The notes beneath the pieces are model-generated. The model saw only the letters and a list, made by a program, of their open reading frames with translations, had not been told where the DNA came from and did no database searches. Of a DNA stretch of 37,736 nt, positions 9,197-18,200 are shown in pieces (positions within the stretch are counted from its first letter, which is position 1; each line of letters begins with the position of its first letter). The DNA comes from a virus (taxonomy: Duplodnaviria > Caudoviricetes): positions 1 through 37,736 of IMG/VR virus record IMGVR_UViG_3300036805_000228, one strand, 5' to 3'. A program made the translations under genes and the position numbers.

Positions 9197-9438
9197 TTTT
9201 GGTATGAGTTCCATGGTCACCCAGGGCTGCGATGAAACCATGGCATTACCGGGTCCGATGGGACAACTGGCACCGTTGCTGGATGGTCGAGTGGCGGGTG
9301 CAGGCTATCGTCGATGGCACTTACAGCCCGATGCAATGCTTCGGGGAGTGGGACATTGCGCGCGACTTCGCCCTCGAAGCGGCGCGGTCTGATTACAGCT
9401 ACGCATAGCCATTCCCTCACCCTTTTGGTATGAGTTCC
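9197..9438 (+). repeat. 16-bp direct repeat TTTTGGTATGAGTTCC (9197-9212 and 9423-9438)
   Basis: Exact duplication read from the sequence; both copies are intergenic and follow a GCATAG gene end. Confidence 0.85.
9232..9408 (+). CDS. Small Trp-rich hypothetical protein (58 aa; not in the ORF track)
   Basis: Own translation: MKPWHYRVRWDNWHRCWMVEWRVQAIVDGTYSPMQCFGEWDIARDFALEAARSDYSYA. Mostly G/C third positions; fills the space between the two repeats. Confidence 0.6.
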   Translation: MKPWHYRVRWDNWHRCWMVEWRVQAIVDGTYSPMQCFGEWDIARDFALEAARSDYSYA

Positions 9439-10026
9439 TGCGTTGTGAGGGGGTGCCTTATCGGCGGTGATGCGGGTACCAATGCGGCGAAATCAGAGAA
9501 CACCGATAGCACCAACTGGGAAAACTCCGGCGTCGGCAGCTATAACGCCGATCTGGGCAGTTACATGAGCAACGTCAATAGTGCTCTGGCTGCCGGCAAT
9601 CCCTATCAGTCGACCGCTTATAAAACCTCGCAGAACCTCGAGACCTCGGGCGCGATGAACGCGGCCGATACCGCCGCCAAGGCAGCCACGCGCGGCGCGG
9701 CGCTGCGCACTGGCGAGAACGCCGCGGCGGTCAATCCGAGCACTTCCGAGAATGCGCTTGCCGCGCAGCGCACGCAGGACACCTACAACGCGACCCGCGA
9801 CACGGCGAACGATCAGGCATGGGAGCAGGAGAAGCAGGGCCTCATGGGCCAGCAACTCGCCGGCGCGAACTCGCAGGCTGCAGCCAATGCGAACTATGGC
9901 CAGCAGCGCAGCTCGGCCACGCAGGGACTTCTCTCGCAGCAGGAGCAGGAAGACCAGATGTGGGCAGGCCTCGGCACTGCGGCCATGGGCGACCTCGGTA
10001 AAGGACTCACCGCGGCTTATACATAG
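9430..10026 (+). CDS. Putative ejection (DNA pilot) protein, P22 gp7 / T7 gp14-like; true start uncertain (possibly 9460)
   Basis: A/Q/N/S/T-rich helical sequence with a G/A-rich hydrophobic C-terminus; first of a series of ejection-type genes. Confidence 0.6.
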   Translation: MSSCVVRGCLIGGDAGTNAAKSENTDSTNWENSGVGSYNADLGSYMSNVNSALAAGNPYQSTAYKTSQNLETSGAMNAADTAAKAATRGAALRTGENAAAVNPSTSENALAAQRTQDTYNATRDTANDQAWEQEKQGLMGQQLAGANSQAAANANYGQQRSSATQGLLSQQEQEDQMWAGLGTAAMGDLGKGLTAAYT

Positions 10027-10037
10027 GAGCACTCGAA

Positions 10038-11462
10038 ATGCCACCAACGGTGCCTTTTGTCGCCGACGAAGAAGATCAGGACGACCCGGCAAACGACCTG
10101 TACAGCGGTCCCGCGCGCGGCAAGGATGACGACGCGAACGATGATGACGCGAACACCGGCGCACAGCCGCACGGTGCCTCTGGCAAATTCGGTCCCAGCG
10201 GATCGGGCAAAGACGACGGCTCTTCTGCCATGCCCGGCCCATCGACCGCCGTTTCGGCAGATGCCGACGAGCAGGCCTTAGTCGCGCCGAAATACACGGC
10301 GCCCGACCGCACCGCGCTCAACGCCGCGCAAAGCAAGCTGACCAGCGACTCTGCCGCCATCAACCGGGCGGAGTATAAGCCGAAGTGGTATGACCGCCTG
10401 CTCGGTGGCGTTGCCGGCGGACTGAGCGGTGACGTGGAAGGCGGCCAACAGGTCACCAACCGGCGCCTCATTGGAGCGCAGAAACAGCAGGCGGCGAACG
10501 TGGCCGCTGATACCACGGCGCTGCAGGCGGAGCAGGGTAAGATCGCCGGCCAAGATCAGGACTTCGAACACCAACTGCAAGGCCTTCATGGCCAGGTGGC
10601 AGCGGCGAACGCAAACTCGCTCACCGGCGAGCGAGCCGCCAAGGCGGAGAAATACGATGCGGCGATCGACCCGCAGTCCATCCATCAGGGCGACGATGGC
10701 CAATGGATCGGCACCACCTACGGTGGAAAGCAAGTACCAACCGCGCAGCCGAAGTGGGCAGCGCCAAAACCGCCGCCGACGCCGAAGACCTATGAGGAGC
10801 TGGTCGAGGCGTCGAAGGACCCGCAATACAAGCCCGAACAGCAGAAGGCCTTCTCCGATGCGGCCAAGCAGATCGAGTCCAAGGAAGTGAAGAAGTTCTC
10901 GGCCACGGCGCCGCGGCCGAGCGAAGGTGAAGTCCAGTATGGCGACTGGAAGAAGGCATTCCAGCAGCAGAACGGCCGACCTCCCAACTCAGACGAAATC
11001 AACGCGTATCGGCGCGGCGGCCAGGGTGGCGAGGGTGGCGTTAACAAGACGGATTACAAAAACCCGGAGGAAGCGCGGAAGGCAAAGGATACCGCCTTCA
11101 CCACACAGCAGAATAATTACGACATGGCGCGCCGGCGCATCCTCGCGAGCGACTCTTCAGCGGCGGATAAGCAAAAACAGATCGCGGATCTCGACCAGCA
11201 GAACAACCAGGCCAAACAGACCATTCAGTCGGACTTCGAATCCTCGCTGCGCCAATTCAACCCCAGCCGCGGCCAGGTCGGCTCGCCAGCGCGGCAGGCG
11301 CCACCGGCAGGTGGCCGGCAACAGCCGATCATCGCGCCGAAGAGCGGGCACCGGCTGGCCATCGGGCAGCAGGTCAATGTCCCCGGCAAGGGCATGCGCT
11401 ACGTCACCGGGTACGTCAATGGCAAAGTGCAGGTAGACACGAAGCCACCCGCGAGAGGCTAG
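10038..11462 (+). CDS. Putative ejection / internal virion protein (474 aa)
   Basis: AGGAG SD; low-complexity D/Q/A/P/K composition; 'KPKWYDRLLGGVAGGLSG' motif; coiled-coil segments. Confidence 0.6.
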   Translation: MPPTVPFVADEEDQDDPANDLYSGPARGKDDDANDDDANTGAQPHGASGKFGPSGSGKDDGSSAMPGPSTAVSADADEQALVAPKYTAPDRTALNAAQSKLTSDSAAINRAEYKPKWYDRLLGGVAGGLSGDVEGGQQVTNRRLIGAQKQQAANVAADTTALQAEQGKIAGQDQDFEHQLQGLHGQVAAANANSLTGERAAKAEKYDAAIDPQSIHQGDDGQWIGTTYGGKQVPTAQPKWAAPKPPPTPKTYEELVEASKDPQYKPEQQKAFSDAAKQIESKEVKKFSATAPRPSEGEVQYGDWKKAFQQQNGRPPNSDEINAYRRGGQGGEGGVNKTDYKNPEEARKAKDTAFTTQQNNYDMARRRILASDSSAADKQKQIADLDQQNNQAKQTIQSDFESSLRQFNPSRGQVGSPARQAPPAGGRQQPIIAPKSGHRLAIGQQVNVPGKGMRYVTGYVNGKVQVDTKPPARG

Positions 11463-11466
11463 CCGG

Positions 11467-12240
11467 ATGGCCACTCAAGCCGTCACCCCGGAGCTGCATC
11501 CCGACGAAGTCGAAGACCAGAGCATCCAGCAGGCAGGCGACGTAGGCGCCACTTACGCGCCGGCGCCACTGCAACGCGCGACCGAAGACCTGGGCGTTCA
11601 GTACGTGAAGCCGCCCGACGACCCGAATGTCGTGCGCCAGAATGAGGTCTCCTCCGGAGCCAAAGTTATCGCTGGCGTCGAGCAGGGCGAGCCGCGGCAA
11701 GTCGACGTCGAGGATCCCGCCACCTTCAAGGCCAACGCGCAGCAGGTAGCGCCGCATGAGCTGTACCACCTATGGGTCGGCAACCTCACGCCATCGGTGG
11801 CCGCGCGTATTCCCATCAGCAAGTCGATGGATGACTACAAGCAGCCCACGGCCGAGGACCTCAATGCCATGCGCGCCAAGGGCATGACGTTGCTCGATGT
11901 GCCGAGCGAGAAGGCTGGGCAGATGATGGCCTGGTCGGCGCTGCACCCCGAGGATCAAAAGTTCCAGGCGGCGATGAAGCCATATCTCGACGACATGCGC
12001 AAAACGTCGCCCTCGGTCATCCAGGCCACCGGTCCAAACGATGCCACGATCAACACCCGGCCGCGCGCTCCGCTAGGGCCGCCCGACAACATTCCGGGCA
12101 TGGAAGGCTTTTATCACCACATCGAGCCGGGCGCCAACCGGCTCATCACGCGTGCCACGGCCGCGAAGTACGTTCAAAAAGCGAATGGAAATCCAGCCGT
12201 CGCCCGAGCTATGGCGGCGCACGACGGACACAGGTTCTAG
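11467..12240 (+). CDS. HExxH zincin-like metallopeptidase-domain protein, probably virion-associated (257 aa)
   Basis: 'VAPHELYHLW' motif with downstream 'PSEKAG' glutamate; located among ejection-type genes. Confidence 0.55.
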   Translation: MATQAVTPELHPDEVEDQSIQQAGDVGATYAPAPLQRATEDLGVQYVKPPDDPNVVRQNEVSSGAKVIAGVEQGEPRQVDVEDPATFKANAQQVAPHELYHLWVGNLTPSVAARIPISKSMDDYKQPTAEDLNAMRAKGMTLLDVPSEKAGQMMAWSALHPEDQKFQAAMKPYLDDMRKTSPSVIQATGPNDATINTRPRAPLGPPDNIPGMEGFYHHIEPGANRLITRATAAKYVQKANGNPAVARAMAAHDGHRF

Positions 12241-15200
12241 ATGCCAGATACCGCAACCATCACGCTCGACCCGTCCGAGGTTCAGGAGGCCAGCAGCAGT
12301 TCTGCCGTGCCCACGCTCGACCCATCCGAGGTCGCCGACAATTCGGCGCCGACGATGTCAAAAACCGAAGCCTCCGCCGCGCTCGACCAGTATTCCGGCA
12401 ATATGGGCAACCGCCCGGTATCGCGGCCGGCCGGCACACCCATGCCGCAGTTCACCCCGCCCAGCCAGCCACTTGATGCTGCGTCCCAGGCCTTCGAGCA
12501 GAACGTCGAGGCGTTGCCCGAGCAGGAACGCACCGAGTTCCAAAACGCAGCGCCGGCACCGAAGACCATCGCCGAGACGGCTAACTATCGTCCGCAATTC
12601 GCGCTTACCGGCGTGCATCCCGGCAACATCACCAAACCGGCCCAGCCAGCCGCGCCGAAGATGCAGACTTCCGCAGAGCGTGCCGCCGCGGCGGTCAGCC
12701 AAGACCCGAATGTGCGCTTTGGGCGTGCGGCGATCGGCACCGGCCCGGCAGTCCAGACACCGGTGGGCGCGGCAGTCCAATCGGCCAAGACCGGCGCGTC
12801 CGAGATGAAGCAGGGCCTCGATATGCTCGGCCCCGACTTCGCGCCGAACTCCGACCCGAAGCAGTTAGCCGTCGGCTACACCCATCTCATGAATGGCATC
12901 ATGACGGCGACCGGGCCGGAGGTCACCCTCGCCATGGGCGAGAATCCCTGGCCGTTTATCAAGGGTATGGTCACCGGCGCGATCACTGGCGAGGCTTCGA
13001 AGAAACTGGTCCAGGCAGCCGGTGGCTCGCCCGAGTATCAGGAGCTTGCGAAAACAGCTGGCTTCTTCCTGCCGACCGTGGCCGGCGCGCTTACCGGTGC
13101 CCAAGGCATGCTCGAAACCCGTGGCGTCACCACGCGCGGCACGGCCGAGGCCTTTGGCGGAGGCGCGAAGGGCGGATTCGAGGTCGATCCCTACACGGTC
13201 AAGGTAGCCGGGCGCGTGGGACGTACCGGCATCGGCGCCGAGTTCGAGCGCTTTCCCGGGGCCAAGGCGCAGCGCGCGGCCAACTACGGGCAAGAGGCTG
13301 CGCCACCGCCGCCCGATCCCGCCATGCAGCAGCATCAGGCGGATACCGCTGCCGCAGTGAAGGCGCTCACCGATGGCGCTGCGGCCGATGCGAATGCCGC
13401 GCGCCAGGCTGCCGGCGTTCCGCCACCGCCGCCACCGAAACCACCGATGCCGGCCGGCATGGATCAGGGCGAACTGCGCCCGGCGGTCGTCTCTAATCTG
13501 GCCAAGATGGTGCAGATAGCGCCACCCCAGATGCGCGCTGGCATGTTCCTCGAAGCGCACGCGCAGCTTGCCGGCTGGCTGGGCACGCAACGTACGGTCA
13601 TCCTGCCCGACGGCAAGATGCAGGTTATCGACTCGCCCAAGAAGGCCGAGACGGTCGCGCAGGACATCCTCAACAACGAGGTCGAGCGCCATCAGCAGGC
13701 CCATCAGGACATGCTCGACCAGCGGGCAGAGCAGCAGAAGCAAGCCGAAGAGCAGGCGAAAGAGGAAACCGAGCAGGCAGCCTCACAACCGAACGAAAAA
13801 GGGGAAGAGGAGAATCCGCTCCTCAACCGGGCCAAGACCATCCTCGCCGCCAACCAGGATGCGCCCCCGGTACGGCAGGTTGCGCTCTTGCAGCGCCAGC
13901 TTCGCGTCGGGCCAGGATTGGCTCAGCAGCTTCACGCCAGGGTCACCCAGGCGCTCCAGGTGCCGGGAACCGGCAACATGGTCGGCTCTTCAACCCACCC
14001 CGTCACCGAAGAGCCGCGCGAGCAGATCGACCAGCAAATCGCCTCGCTGGCTGGTGGCACGGTGCCGGTGGTTCATTTGCCCGAGGGAACGCAGTACCGT
14101 CCCGCGATCCCGCCGGGCATGAAGATGATTCGCGTCTCAGGCGATGCGCCGGGCGCGGGCATGTACCTCTACAATCCCGCCAAGATTCAGGCTGCGGCGA
14201 TCAAGGAAGCCGCCAAGAACGGCACCCACGGCGACCTGCTCGGCCACATCGCGCAGAAAGAGGACATTCCCGGCATGAAGGTGCCGGCGGTGCTTCAGGC
14301 GAAAGCAGCCGATGGGACACCGATTCAGGAGTCGGTCGTCGACGCAGCCGACCCGGCGATGGTGCGTGCCCAGGCCGAGGCGCTGCGCGAGCGGCATCCT
14401 GGCGCAGCCGTCCAGGCGCGGCATCCCAAAGCGGCCATCAACGAGCGCGATCACGCACTGGCCCGCTCGGCCACGAACGGCGGAGACATTTTCGATCACA
14501 TCGCGCAACAGCGAGGAAAGGAGGAAAGCCATGCCGAAGTACGCAAGCAGGCAGCAGGAGAGATGGGCCAACAGCCCAACGGGCCGGAGGGAACTGGGAC
14601 CGGCGGAAGTAGCGAAACGGAACGCGGCCAGCAAGGGCGCGAAGCTACCCGCCAAGGCACCGGCGCGGAGGAAGTAGCAACCCATGCCCAAGGGGCGGAA
14701 GGAGGTCGCGGAGAGCCAGAGCGGGCGGGGCAGTCGGGAAAGGCTGCCCCGGCCAAATACGATTACGGCAACACGCAAGCAGATATTCCGGCAGGGAGCG
14801 ACGCGGCGAAAGCTCTGGCTGCAGCGCGGAGCCGCATCGACAAAGCTGACCTCGCGCCTACTTCCCACGGTGGCAACGATGAGGGCCTGGAGACGGAGCC
14901 GCACATCACGGTGCGCTATGGGATCAAGGGCGAAGACACCGCTGGTATCCGCGCGTTCCTCGAGAAGCAGGCGCCATTCGAGGCGACTCTCGGGGCGAGC
15001 GATGCCTTCCCTCCAAGCAAGTCGAGCGACGGCACCGCGCCGATCATTGCGCCAGTTGAGTCGTCCGATCTGCGTCGCATCGAGGCCGAACTCGACAAGC
15101 ATGGCGATTTCATCGACCGCACTTTTCCCGAATACAAGCCCCATGCAACGATCGCCTATGTGAAACCGGAGGCCATCGACAAGTACAAGGGGATGCCAGA

Positions 15201-18200
15201 GACGAAGGGCAAGACCTTCCTGGTGCGCTCTATCAGCATTTCCAAGCGCGATGGCAGCACGGAATCCGTTCCGCTCCACGGCGAGCGCCGACGGGACACA
15301 GCAGAACGCCGGCGCATTGCCGAGATGTCGCCCGAGGAGATGCGCCGCGAACTCCTTACATCGGACAAGACCGGGCTGCCCAACCGCCGCGCCTTCGAAG
15401 ATGCCGAGCATGCAGCGCCGGCCAAGGCGATCGCCATGTCGGACGCCGACGGGCTGAAGGCGTTGAACGACCGGTACGGCTACGCAGCCGGCGACCAGCT
15501 ATTGAAAGCCAAGGCTGAGGAGCTGCAGGCGGCCGGGGTCGAGGCCTACCACGACAAGGGCGACGAGTTCCTTTACCGTGGGGAGTCTCCGGAGGAATTG
15601 AGCCGCAAGCTCGAGGTCGCGCGCGAAGGCCTGCGCAACCGCGAAATTGAAGTCACGATGAAGGATGGCACCGTTCGCCGGTTCAAAGGTGCTGACTTCA
15701 GCTATGGAATAGGGAAGGATGCCGATGCCGCAGAATCCAAACTCAAGCAGCACAAGGCCGAGCGGGAAGCCAGCGGCGAACGCGCCCGCGGAGAGCTTCG
15801 CGGCATTCAAGAAACTGGACCCGAAGCAGATCGCAGACGTGAAGGTGCTGCCGAGAAAGCGCCGCTTGCCAAAGGTGACAGGGGCATCCGATTCAGGGAT
15901 GACCACGGTGTCGAACGAACTGGCACAGTCCTCCACACCAACGACCGCATCACCCGCCTACGACTGGGAAGCGGCGCAGAAAACACAGTAAAGAACGCGG
16001 ACGTCATCGGCGCGCGACCGATTCCCCATGCCGGCGAAGTGGGCGAGCTCCACTCGTCGCAGATGGAGCGGTCCCCAAAAGACTTCCAGTACAAGGTCTC
16101 GAACATCGGCGAGGGCGGCGTCTCGAACCTGCTCAAAGGCAGCGAGTGGAATCGCGACCTCTCGGGCATCGTCTCCGCCTGGCGCGACCCGGCCACGGGC
16201 AAGGTCTACGTGGTCAACGGACACCACCGCCATGAGCGCGCCGAGGCGACCGGTGGCCAGAACCTCGCAGTGCGTATGCTCGATGTCGACAACCGCGAGC
16301 AGGCACGCGCTGTAGGCGCGCTGCAAAACATCGCTGAGGGCCGCGGCACGGCCATCGACGCGGCCAAGTTCATGCGCGATTCAGGCATGACGCTCGAGGA
16401 CCTGGAGAAGCGCGGCATCTCGATGGGCGAAGCCACGGCGCAGAACGGCGTGGCGTTGGCCCGGCTCGACCCCTCGATCTTCGAGCAGGTAGCCATCGGA
16501 AAGCTCTCCGAGCGCAAGGGCGTCGCCATCGGGCGGGCGACCGACAACGCGGCTACGCAAGAGGCCATTGTCAAGATGATTGCCAAGGCTGAGGCGCGCG
16601 GCCGGCATGTGAGCGAGGGCGCAGTCCAGGAGCTTGCCCGCTTTGCTGCCAGCGCCGGAGAAACCGAGCAAACCGTCGAATCGCTCTTCGGAAACCGGGT
16701 CGAAACGCAGAACCTTGCCTTAGAGAAGGCGGACGTATCGGCATACATCCAGAAGCAACTGCGCCAGGAGAAGACGATATTCGGCGCCGTCTCAAGCGAG
16801 GCGCGAGCGAAGACGCTTTCCCGAACCGGGAACAGGATCGAAGCCGCCAAGAATGCGGCCGAGGCGACTGCTGCAAGCCAGGCGCTCGAGGTGTACGATC
16901 GGCTGAGCGCGCGACGTGGCCCGGTCGACGACGCGCTGAATGCCGCAGCCAAGGACATCGCCGATGGCAAGCCAGCCAACAACGCCAAGCAGCGCGCCTA
17001 CGAAGCAGTCCGCGCCGCAGTACGCGAAGCTCTCGGAAGTCTCGAAGCAGAAGGTACTGGGCGAGTTCAGCCGGATACAGGGCGAGGAGCGGAAGCGCAA
17101 GAAGAAGGACGACTCTCAGCCCAAGAGCTAGAGGACGCCGGCCAGTCCGGCATTTCGTTTACCCCTGAAATTCAATCTCTGTTCACGCGCGACCGTGGGC
17201 CCGTTTCCCCACGCGACGCCACGCCCGAGCAGCAGGCCAGGGCGCAGCGGCTCACCACCTCCGACCCGAAGTTTCCCTATCTCGATCGCGCCGGCGTCGC
17301 CAAGCTCTACCAGCAAAACCTGCGCCGCGCCGTCACCGAGCCGGAGACGCCGACCCTGCCCGGCCTCGAGCAGCACGTCGAAGCGCATACCCGCTCGGCC
17401 GAGGAAGTCTCTGCTGAAGCGCTCAAGCAATCGGGCGCCAAGGACATCTCGAGCGCGGCCGGTCGTATGGAGCGCGACGCGCCGTTGTTCCGCGAGAGTG
17501 GGGCGAGTGAGCAGGGTGCGCTCTTCACCAAGCCGAAGCCACCGCAGCCGGGTGCCGGGCAGCAGGCCATTAACTTCGAAGTGCCACAGGGTTTCACCGA
17601 ACACCCGGTAGAGAAGCGAACGACCTACTATCGCGACGCCGAGCGCGCGAAGAACTTCTCCCTTAACTGGAATTTGAGCCATGCCCGCGCTATCGTCCAT
17701 GCGGCGGCCGAGGGCGGGGCACCGGTAGTCGAACTCAACCCGCACGCCTATCAGGCGATCAACAAGATCATTCAGGCCAGCCGAAACATGGCGCTTCCGG
17801 ATTGGGGCGGATGTTACTTTACGGCAGACTCAGCCCGGCGTCTCGAAGCGCAAATTGAGGAGCATTCCCAAAAGGCGCTGGGTGCTGGCGACGATCTCCT
17901 CACGGCTTTGCGCAGCGGCCGCGCGCCCGGAGGCGGAATCATCCTGCTACGCGGTGACATCGGCCAGAACGGTGCCCGCGAAGAACTGGCGCACTGGTGG
18001 TTCGACCAGAACATTCAGCGGTCGGGCGAGGCTAGAAACATGGCCGATGCCCTAGTCGCGAGTCCGGTCATGCAACTCGCCATCCGGCAACTCATGCTGC
18101 AGGGCTATCCCATCAAGCAGATGTCCGATGTCTTCCTGCTCAACGAAGCTATGGCTAAGACGCTGGCCGATGCCGGTGGCGAACTCATGCCGCTGCGCTC

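Noticed and set aside
9204-9392. 62-aa ORF MSSMVTQG from the track
   Set aside because: Its ATG lies within the repeated motif; the overlapping frame 9232-9408 has better codon pattern and more protein-like sequence.
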